Of a stretch of DNA of 64,000 nucleotides, positions 13,020 to 24,000 are shown piece by piece; position 1 is the first letter of the stretch, and the number at the start of each line of letters is the position of its first letter. Origin of the DNA: Antedon mediterranea (Eukaryota > Animalia > Echinodermata); contig NC_092676.1 in assembly GCF_964355755.1 (NCBI RefSeq), positions 18,246,871 through 18,310,870 of the forward strand, read 5' to 3'. A program made the position numbers and the translations under genes. The notes under the pieces were generated by a model. The model was not told the origin of the DNA. It was given only the letters and a program-made list of their open reading frames with translations, and did no database searches.

Positions 13020-13337
13020 TGCCTCAGACGTAGTGGCTTATGCCTCTCCTCTAATTAAGGTGGGCACTGGACGAGAGAAGCCCATGGTCAATGTTGGGAC
13101 CAGCCAAATGTGCTTTAAACAGTCATGGCTTAGTCATCATTCAGATGTAAGACTAATTGACATTGTCGTTTACGACAGAAGTCGGCCGTATATAAATATA
13201 TATATATATCGCTTAGGCTAATAAGGAGTGGAATAGAAAGAGTCGCGGTGTTATACACCATGGCATTAGGTTAGGATCGGATTGAACCCTTGACCTTAAG
13301 ATTGGAAGGATGGCATGTTAACCACCAACACTATAAC
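13020..13337 (-). mobile_element. Degenerate tRNA-derived SINE
   Basis: The minus strand begins with a tRNA-like head: A box (GGTGGTTAAC), CCTTCCAA loop and B box GGGTTCAATCC. A GC-richer body follows. Confidence 0.45.
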
Positions 13338-14784
13338 AAACAATTTGTTACGTTTCCAAGACAGTTTACGCAAAAAAAGAAAGAGAAAGAAATTGAAAAT
13401 TAAATCATGGCCAAAAACATTTTATACCATATTTATAGCAACCAATCTTTATTCCCGGTTTAATATGATATTAAGGTATGACAATACCTTCCTGTTATTA
13501 AATGTTTCTTGAAAATGAATGAACCTAGAAACAATTTATGAAAAAAAAGTCTTTTTATCTACTCCACTACGGGCAAGATGAGACAAGTAGGCCTATGCCT
13601 TATTTCTAATCTTGATCCCAATAATGGTCTTTAGTTATAGTAATATTTTGTATATTTGTGGAGTTTTCTTTTTTTTTCTTTTTAATTTTACCACCATATA
13701 TTATTACCATTATTGAACATATTGAACACCGGAAATATGTAAAGATTATAATGAATATAACACTATGATTATACATTGCTTTACTTTTGTAATTAACACC
13801 AATTAACGTAAATATTTAAGTAACTTGTATGTTTAAAATAAATTTAATTTCACAGTATGAGGGAACATCGCGTATTCACCGCTCTGGATCCAGTCGTATC
13901 TCTTCTTTTCTTTTTTTTTTTTAAAGTGTATCTATTTTATTTATTTCACCATAATGCAAGAGCGTGACCTGGGCATGACGAGCTGCTTAATCGTTACTAC
14001 TTGGTACTTGGTGGTTGTCCTCTTGAAAACTCCACAAGGAAATCTGACAAAGACGCCTCAGGCTTAATTATTAATTATCATTATTGTATTCAATTTTATA
14101 TTATTTCTGATTATGTTCATCACCCTACATGAAGCTCACATACTTAATTTGTTGCTAAAAAATGTGCTTCTGTCCTAATTATAAGAATACAGACAAAATA
14201 TACTTGTACACTTGCATTAATATTGTTGAAGGGAATATGTGTACCATTAGATTGCTGTAACATTACATCATAAGCGATAAATTGTAACATCACAACATTG
14301 TTAAATTAATTTGAATCTTTAGCCCCCCCCCCCTCCCCCTCCTCCATCATTATATAATGCTCTTTTTCTATTTCTGTTATTTCGATAATTGTTATGTTGA
14401 TAAAATGTAAGAAACATTTGCTTATTTCATTGTTATTTCCTAATAAAACCACAACTGTTGTTTTATAAAATTGCATATAACATTTATTCCATTACCCTTT
14501 GCTTTGCAATGTTTTACTTTCATTTCTAACAATTATATAATTTGAAAAGTGTAATAGGTAAGGACCGAGGATTTATGAAATACTAAACATTGCTGACAAT
14601 TAAACGACTTACGTTTTTCAGAAATTATTATCGAAAAGTTTGTCAATATCGTGCATGATAACGTAAGGATGTATGCGATTGATCACCCGAACTGTCGATT
14701 GTGATTGGTGGTCAACTCACTTGCGTTGCGTCGACCGGTGGCGTTGATATCAATAGTGATGGAACGGCTGTGAGCGCTCACTGG

Positions 14785-14957
14785 TTAAACCCAGGGGCCC
14801 CCTGAGCAGTGTCCAGGGGCCCCCCTGAGCAGTGTCCAGGGGAAAAACAGGCATTAAGATATGTCAAAAAGGGCTAAAAACACCCGAGGCTTCCAGCATT
14901 GGAGGGCCACTTTGGTTTCCTAAGCCAGGGGCCTCATGCCTCTGCGTTACGCCACTG
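14785..14957. mobile_element. GC-rich MITE fragment with a CAGTGGCGTA terminus
   Basis: Ends ...TACGCCACTG. Contains a duplicated CCAGGGGCCCCC(C)TGAGCAGTGT. Confidence 0.4.
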
Positions 14958-16569
14958 TAAATAGTATGTACGGCATGCGCACATATCATGAGGTTAACCA
15001 ATACCACTTTCAATACAACTCTTCATTATCTAAACAATCAAGTCTCATATATTTATTTTACTATGTTACTTTGATTGCATCTTCTAATTATTGTCTTCTT
15101 CCTTGGCAAATATTTCAAATTGGCAGGGAATATCTCAACAATCATATTATTGTAGTAGCAATTCACAAAATGTATTAATTACCATTTATTTATAAACGAA
15201 GCCTCCTCTTTATTTTGCAAAAATAATCTAGAAAAGAAACCCATCTCGAAAAGACGTCCACCACAGAGTCCTAACAAGAAGAAGCCCGTGGGCTTCTTTT
15301 TCGCGTTTTTACGGTAACAATTTAAATATCTTTCATTTCCGACAGGATCCGGAATGGAATCCAATCTTCCTGGAATGGGGGACTGATTGTGTTCCTTCTC
15401 ATCGGTATTGATTGATCCACGTCCCACGCATCTTACTATTTTATCATCCACTGTTTCCTTATAGATATTCAGGTAAGTTGTAAACAGGTTGGTAATGAAA
15501 TGCGGAACTATTTAAGAAAATAACCACCATCTATATTGCTTTTTTATGTTATAATTTTTGTTTGCTTTTTTTGTAATTTAAAGTAAATGTTTATTGGATT
15601 TAATTCAATGTATATATGGAATTGACAACTAAACAAAACAGCAACAAACTAGAGTGACACGGATCCATCTGGGTCATCCGGTTCACCATCAAATATAGAT
15701 TTTAAAATATATGACAAGGATACTAAATATTTATTTTAATTCACTTTAGGCACGATGACGTACCTTTTACGCTTGTTTTCCATTAGCCTGAGTTATGATT
15801 GATTGCACGTTTTTCCACGTCATTAAAAGTAGGTGAAAACATAATACGCATGCGCATTAGTGATATAAAATATCTCATATCATTTTGTTCAAAAATCGTC
15901 GTGAAAATAAAACGGTGCCTTTATTATATTGTTTTTTTTCTTTACTCGAGTATAGTCCATGTTTTGATTGAGAGTAAGTTAACGCTAAAATGAAACCCTG
16001 AAGGTGGAAGGGGGAGTAGTGGTGGGGGTGCGAACGAATTATCAGTTTGTATGACGTTTGTGGTACCATAACAGCACTAACCTAGTAACGGTGGCCTCTC
16101 TTCCTACACTATTTATAAATTAGTTGTAATTAAGGTTAAAGTATAATAAAACTATATATTACCCGGACATACCATTCTATTTAAAGTTTTACAATGCCCA
16201 CCACGCCCCGTTTTCATTCGTCGTCGTGTTTTAAGAGAATAAGTATAGGACCATTTTAGATAATCGGAAATACCAGTCACTTAAGATGCTATTAAATGTA
16301 AATGTTTTTATTGTAAATAATAATAAACATCCACTCTCCGCCACACCTCAACTAGGCCATATTTTGGAATAAACTACGCCTTGAATAAACGTCCCTGGGC
16401 TATGTTTTTTTCCTTGCCCCGTCACATGCATAACATGCAATCTTCTATTATTACACACTTCTATTTACTGAGTAGATTCATGACTTCCAAGAACTAAAAT
16501 TTACCAAGCATCTTGATACTTGTTTTCGTTACCGTTAAAACTACTCCACAGACTACGACTTGCTTGCTC

Positions 16570-16864
16570 GATTCCCACTTGTTGGTCAATCGACGCAATT
16601 AAATGCAAGAAGCACGTAAGGACGTTAACGCAACGTAAGCGTGTTAAAGCTTGGTTCCCACTCGTTTGTGATTGCTAACTGTCTATAACTTCGCTTTTCA
16701 TTGGTTAAAACGCTTGCGTTGCGTTTACGTCCTTGCGTTACGTTCTAGTGGGAACCAAGCTTTACCAATGACAAGCGACAGCCGAATAAATCATCGCTTG
16801 TGATTGGTCAAATCCTTACGTTGCGTTACGTCGTTGTGTTGCGTCTCTAGTGGAAACCAAGCAT
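16570..16864. mobile_element. Two nested copies of the AGCTTGGTTCCCACTAG MITE family
   Basis: An inner copy at ~16648-16761 (TTA flanks) interrupts an older copy that ends CTAGTGGAAACCAAGC. Confidence 0.7.
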
Positions 16865-18019
16865 AAGCCCGCCGAAACATAAATAACCAATCATCACGAC
16901 CTTAACTGTTGTTTGTGCAAACCGCAATTGGGTCAGCTCGTTGTACCGGGAAATAGTTTGACAATATTCGGGATGTTGTTTTTTTTTAAAGGCCTAGGTT
17001 GCACCAAAACTGTATGGCATTTCTTACTAATTGAAAACGTCTATGATGTAATAATATTTCATTATTTTAATCCTAAGACCATAGATTGTCAGAACTTTGC
17101 AATTCCTTCGGGTCCACGATGTGGGTTTCATTTCCCTTTTTTTCGATTTTCATTTTCCCGACAAAATATCTAGTTCCTACGTCATGTGTTCCGGTTGTTA
17201 AATTAGACAAAATTAAATTGATCGCCAAACCACATAGCTTTGTTTGCGATTGCTGTGCTTTCCTAACACAAATACTAAATAATATAATTTAAATTTATTT
17301 GTAGTTCACATAAAATTTACCTTTAATGGCCGAAACCATCATATTCCAGTAAGATAACAAGAATTTAAATCATTTTTAAAGATTATTTTCTCCCTGAACG
17401 TATTTAAAAAAAATTTTTCTTGAAAATTCTATTTTAATGTCACATAATAGTTATTCACTTTGACCAAAGATTTTTGGGTCGAAACAAATGAATTACCTGA
17501 AAAACTGTAATTTAAAGCAAAACAAAAAAAAAGTCAAATTTTCTGTCAGGATAATATGTTTTGGTAAAAAAATTAATCCTTATGATTGTTGAATGAAATT
17601 CTTATTTTAGTTCGTTTTTTTTTCTACAGAAGTAAATACTTATTATTAAAACTGCAAAATGGCATATTCAAATTCTGATTTTATTAGTCATGTTTCATGT
17701 TTTGTTGGAGAACAATACATCTTTGACATCTTTTCCTACCATATGATTTTAATTAATTTTATCTGGTGGAGATGATCTGGCATTCCCTCCAGTACTGCCT
17801 GGATCCGGGCCTCTCCAGCATTCTCGCATTGCATTTTATCATTTGTTTTAAATTACGGTAGTTTTTTTTTCTGAATTACTGCTGTTACCCGTTTTTTCAT
17901 TAATGCTGAGAATGTTTTTTGCAGATCTTTTTTTTTTCTTTTATTACTAAAATATATTCATTTCGTAATGACGTTTCATAATATTCATAAATTACCATAT
18001 TCATCTCTTTAAATATTAA

Positions 18020-18900
18020 TTTCTTAACACATTCATTTCTTAGCGCATTCATTTCTAGCGCATTTATTTCTTAGCGTATTCATTTCTAGCGCATTCATTT
18101 CTAGCGCATTCATTTCTAGCGTATTCATTTCTTAGCGCATTCATTTCTTAACACATTCATTTCTAAGCGCATTCATTTCTAGCGCATTCATTTCTAACAC
18201 ATTCATTTCTAACGCATTCATTTCTTAGCGTATTCATTTCTAGCGCATTCATTTCTAGCGCATTCATTTCTTAGCGCATTCATTTCTAGCGCATTCATTT
18301 CTTAGTGCATTCATTTCTTAGCGCATTCATTTCTAACGCATTCATTTCTAGCGCATTCATTTCTAGCGCATTCATTTCTTAGTGCATTCATTTCTAGCGC
18401 ATTCATTTCTAGCGCATTCATTTCTTAGTGCATTCATTTCTAGCGCATTCATTTCTAGCGCATTCATTTCTTAGTGCATTCATTTCTTAGCGCATTCATT
18501 TCTAGCGCATTCATTTCTTAGTGCATTCATTTCTTAGCGCATTCATTTCTAGCGCATTCATTTCTTAGCGCATTCATTTCTTAGTGCATTCATTTCTTAG
18601 GGTATTCATTTCTAACGCATTCATTTCTTAGCGTATTCATTTCTAGCGCATTCATTTCTTAGCGTATTCATTTCTAGCGCATTCATTTCTAACGCATTCA
18701 TTTCTTAGCGTATTCATTTCTAGCGCATTCATTTCTAGCGCATTCATTTCTAAGCGCATTCATTTCTTAGCGCATTCATTTCTTAGTGCATTCATTTCTT
18801 AGCGCATTCATTTCTAGCGCATTCATTTCTTAGCGCATTCATTTCTTAGCGCATTCATTTCTTAGCGCATTCATTTTCTTAAACATATTCATTTCTTAAC
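18020..18900 (+). repeat. 15/16-bp minisatellite (AGCGCATTCATTTCT[T])n
   Basis: More than 50 directly visible tandem units with no spacers. Confidence 0.95.
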
Positions 18901-19898
18901 ATAATCATTTTAACATATACAATTCATATTTTAGCATATTCATTTGATAACATAATCATATTTTAGCAAAGTAATTTCTTAACATAATCATATTTTAGCA
19001 AAGCAATTTCTTAACATAATCATATTTTAGCAAATTAATTTCTTAAATTTTAGCATATTCCTGCAGATCTTGATATTTGTGTTCTTATTGTCAGGAAACA
19101 GCGTGTCATTCAACCCAAGACCAACTTTTACTTTTCCTACTAATGTTATAAGTTTATTATTAGGCCTATATTGAATATAGGCCTACATTAACCGAACTGA
19201 TTTAGATATTACTACATTCCAACCACTAATCCATATAGGCCTATCTTGAAGGCTAAAACCTCAATGGGAAATCACCTTCTCTTGTAATTAATACCACGAA
19301 TCCCTTCTCTAATTAATACCACAAAGATAAATCTTGTCCTGGTGTATCCGCCTGGTAGTACACCTAATAGCCTACCTTATATGTTATTATATGTCCATTG
19401 ACGTCATCAATTTATATACAAATAAGTTGTATTAAATTATTTTTAGTGACATCTTTGATGGAGTACAGAATCCTGTAGGCCAGTACAAACTATTGAGTGG
19501 CGATTTATTTCTTTCACAACAAAATCATCCATTTGAAACTGTTTGTGAATGTTTATTCCACGAAGAAAACTAAAGAGACTAACATCTTCGAGCGAGATAC
19601 TCTAAGCCCTCATATAGTATCGATTCATTATTTAAAACAAGAAATATTTCTTACAAAAAAAGGCCGCTCGACTTTTTGACGTAACACTTTTAATTATTGT
19701 TCTTTCTTCGTAAATAATGATTTATTATCAATAATTTTTTTAACAATCAGTAGTAAACATTTTTCGTAACGTAAAATAGTCTAAGTAGAATAAAAACTTT
19801 GAGCGAGTATACTCTAGGCATCATATAGTATCGATTGATTTAATTATTTTAAAATATATATATATATATATCAGGGACGAGTTAAATTTAACTCTTCC

Positions 19899-19993
<95 letters not shown>

Positions 19994-20118
19994 ATGAGGG
20001 CGTATCAATTTGATCTCTGTTGCGCGTGCGTACAACTGAGGACTAGTGCTGTTCCGCCGTACCACGCCGAGAATGTAAAAGAGTCGTTATCCAATCGAGT
20101 TCGAACAATACCATGAAA

Positions 20119-20190
20119 GCCCCAGTGGTCTAATGGTTAGGACATCTGCATATCAAGCAGGCGGTCCGAGTTCGAGTTTCGGTTGGGGCT
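20119..20190 (+). tRNA. tRNA-like gene (anticodon ATC), element-borne and probably non-translational
   Basis: Acceptor stem GCCCCAG/TTGGGGC, D arm GTCT-AATGGTTA-GGAC, anticodon arm TCTGC-ATATCAA-GCAGG, T arm CCGAG-TTCGAGT-TTCGG, followed by a TTTTT terminator. Confidence 0.65.
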
Positions 20191-20297
20191 ACTTTTTCTC
20201 ATTCTCACAGATTTCCTCATCTTTATCGTTTCAAATTAATTAATTAAATTTCAGTATATCACCAGGCGGTTTAGAATTAATGTTCTTTGCCTCTTGT

Positions 20298-20338
<41 letters not shown>

Positions 20339-20340
20339 TT

Positions 20341-20377
20341 GCACTGATGAAGGGCTAGTGTTGCCCGAAAGCTCTGC
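20341..20377 (+). ncRNA. Minimal type I hammerhead ribozyme (Penelope-type)
   Basis: GCA-CTGATGA-A-GGGC(TAGTGTT)GCCC-GAAA-GC-TC-TGC: intact core, stem II, palindromic AGCT in place of stem III, stem I GCA/TGC. Confidence 0.75.
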
Positions 20378-21031
20378 TATCTTTCCTGGCTGTTTTACTT
20401 TCGTTTTTATTTAGCTTTTCGCTTCTTTTTTTTTGTATACTCCATTGAGATCCAGCCACTGATACCCACAGCATTGTCATTTTTTTCAATAATTTGCTTT
20501 TGGATTTATATATATAGTATATATGTAATTTTTTTTATACATTTATAATAAACTAGTGACGACGAAAACTAGGTGATACACCATGTTTATATACCATTAT
20601 TAACAAAGTATTTATTAAGTTTTTTTGGGGGAAAATCCTAAATTAATGTTCTGATGTAAAGGATGCTTGGCCGCTTAATTAATTAATTAGTATAAACTAA
20701 AATAAAATAGTCAAATTATGTGCCAGATAATGGGGTATCTGGTTAAATTTAACTGTTTATTATTATTTTAGAAGTGAAATCAGTATTTTTTTGTTCATTT
20801 TTCTATGGCAGTGATAAACTTCATTAAAACTTTTTTTTGTAATCTTCATTTTCATGTTTTTTGAATGAGATCTTTACATAGAATCTGTACTCATTTATTC
20901 GACCTATGTGCCGTAGTTGGGGGCGCTATGACAATAAATCAAAACACTCTTATATTGCGAGATGAGCTATTGCATAATAAACGTGTACAAATCAGCAGCA
21001 TGGATGGCTCGTATTAGGACTATGTTTTAAA

Positions 21032-24000
21032 ATGAGTAGATTCATTCCTCATTTCAATTATATAAAAGCCTATATATTACAACCAAAACTATTAAGAAAA
21101 GCGATGTCAAAGATAATTCACATTAAAAACGGTAGGTATTGTCTGTAGTGCATAAAATTGCAACAAATATTCTAGGCCTAGGCCTACCGTGTGGTGTGTG
21201 GTGGAGGCAGTTGAATCAGGCGAGGCGGCACAGAATCGCGCTGTCGCCCGCGAATATACGATGATGCAATATGATGAAACTAACAGGAATGGCTTTGTGA
21301 TTTTTAGAATTGTATTATTTGATTAAAATGTTGGCGCTAATGCAGTTTCGTACCCACCCCTTAAAATTACTCAAAATCTTCATCCAACCTACTCACGAGT
21401 TGTCTACAACATTCTGCAATCATAAAATTGTAAAAAATCGATAATTTTTTATTTAAAACTATTTTTAGGTGATCATTTAGAATAAAATGATCACCTATTG
21501 TTATTGTACAAAATCTTTATTGGTTATCCGCAACGAAGTTGCTGATAACCTCTTGTGATTGTACGAAATCAACATCAACTTTTTATTTTTCTTCTTTCTT
21601 TCTGTATGATTTTTGTGGCACGTTTTTCTCTAAAACTTGCAAACATAACATTTTGTTAACTATGTTAACATTTTGACATTTATGTAACGTCGTCAAGCGA
21701 AGCTTTTCATGATGTTTACAATTGCGCAACGTGACGTACGCGTGATTTAACGATTTTCTCGTATTTAACATATGTCAAAAACCAAACAACATTTTAAAGT
21801 GAAACTTTGCAAAAGTTTAATTTATATCATGCGCTAACTTTCTGTTGGAAAAAAATTGCGTGTTTTACACAAAGTTACGCGCGCACGCGCATTTAAAATT
21901 TCAAAATGCGCAAAATTAATTTATAATCAACTTTCTACGCGTTTCAAGTCGTTTTAAGCATGTCAAAAATTCCCACGCGTGCGCACATTTTTACGTGTGC
22001 GGTGCGCACGTAGCATTGAAAACGTATTTTTTTCACGTGATTTCTGTTTTTCCAGCCTTTTCAAGTAATTTTACCAAATTTTAAACAATTTCGACTTAAA
22101 GAGATGTCATACGAGCACGTCGAATTGGACAATTTGCGCGCGTTTTTTATGAAAAGGTTAAAAAATTCGTTTAAAATATGCCTTTTTTTAAACAGTAGTA
22201 ATTTCTAAACTAGACGGTCAACTTTTTGTGGATGGCATATTCTGGAAGTAGATGAGTTGTAGATATCGGATTAGGTATTAATATGGCCAACCGGACATTG
22301 TGACGTCATCGTATGGCCACGCGAATATAAAATTTAAGATTTTTGTATCTTTCGTCATTGCTCATCACATTGAATAGAGCGCATCTCCACTTATCCGTTT
22401 TCCATTTTCACCCCGATTTTGATATTGTCTAGGTCAATCAACTATCTTTCGCATGAATTAAAAATATTTTAATTTTTATGACGTCATCATACCTAAAAAT
22501 TGAAATCACGTGTGGCATCAATTTCATCTTTACAGTAAATTTTAATCTGTTATAGCTCGTAAGAATAAAATGTGATAATCACGATTAAAACTTTTTCTGG
22601 AAGCTATTGGATTGTAGATACGAAATTATGTAAAAATGTTGCCAATCGGATATTGTGACGTCATCATATGGCCAGTTAAATAAAAAAGGTCGTATTTTCA
22701 TCTTTTGCGTCATAATTCATTACATTTAAAAGAGCGCGCATCAATATTTCACGTATTCAAATTTCTTCTACACGCTAATACGTTGTTGCTGAGATAATTT
22801 CGTTTCGGAATTGCTACCTTCGCGTTTCATTTTAAAACCGTCAACATGTTAAAAATTGCAATAAATAGCGGGTCCCGTAATTTCACCTATTCTACACTGT
22901 ATGTGATATGGATACAGATTATACTGTGTATACTATATATGAATTTAAATAATAAAATTCAGCAATAACAACATATCATATTCTTCAGTTCAGGTCCTAA
23001 TGCCAACGTGAACACTTCCTTTTGTCCTCAACCTATCCCCTTAATGTTAATGTTGCACCACTTGTGCGGCGGATAACCAAACTCGTCAAAGTGACGAGTT
23101 ACATGTCTAGTTATTGTTATTAGTTATCCGCATTTAGCGGATAACTCCTTGGAACTGTCCTGTGTCTTTTTTTTTTTTTTCATTATTCTTCAGTCTTTCT
23201 CCCTCACTTTTTGTGCAGAGCGTATCTCTAAAATGGGTAAACATAACATTTCATAACTTTGTCAACATATGGGCATTTACGTGAAGTTGTGCACCTCCTA
23301 TTTTTGAATGACGTCATAGTTACGCAACGTGACTTACGCGTGATTTTATGATTTTTTTAAATTGATCATAGATTTAAAACCAAGCGTAATTTTGTTTTTA
23401 CATTTTGTGAAAATTTAAGTCATATCAAGGGCAAACTGTTTGTGCACAAAAAATGGCATGTTTTACAAGAAGTTACGCGCGCACGCGCGTTTGAAATTTT
23501 AAAATGCGAAAAATTAATTTCTAATCAACTTTCTACGCGTTTCATGTCATTTTAAGCATGTAAAAAATTCCCACGCATGCGCAAATTTTTACGTGTGCGG
23601 TGCGCACGTAGCATTAAAAACATATATTTTTCGCGTAATTTATGTTTTTCCAGCCTTTTCTAGTAATTTTACCAACTTTTAAACAATTTCGACTTAAAGT
23701 TACGTCATACGAGCACGTCGAATTGGACAATTTGCGCACGTTTTTGATGAAAAAGTACAACAATTTGTCAAAATTATGCCTTTTTTTAAACAATCGTAAT
23801 TTCTAAACTACACGGTCAACTTTTTGTGGATAACATATTCTGGAAGTTGATGAGTTGTAGATATCGGATCATGTATTAATATGGCTAACCGGACATTTTA
23901 ACGTCATCGTATGGCCACACGAATATAAAATTGAGGATTTTTGTATCTTTCGTCATAGCTCATTACATTTAATAGAGCGCATCTCCACTTATACATTTTC

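Larger units (their letters stand above)
19853..20516 (+). mobile_element. tRNA + hammerhead composite element, copy 1, in (TA)n
   Basis: 20051-20507 is near-identical to 52951-53413. It is flanked and interrupted by (TA)n. Confidence 0.8.

Noticed and set aside
18020-18900. Possible CRISPR-like array (also 31190-31945, 43838-44042 and 56190-56565)
   Set aside because: Units are head-to-tail with no unique spacers, there are no cas genes, and the context is eukaryotic.
19871-20065. YIYIYI ORF, and ORF 52934-53149
   Set aside because: These derive from the (TA)n microsatellite and the tRNA cassette respectively.
20119-21131. Functional link between the tRNA-like gene and the adjacent tRNA-modifying YRDC gene
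   Set aside because: The tRNA is part of a dispersed element also present at 53 kb, so proximity is most likely chance.
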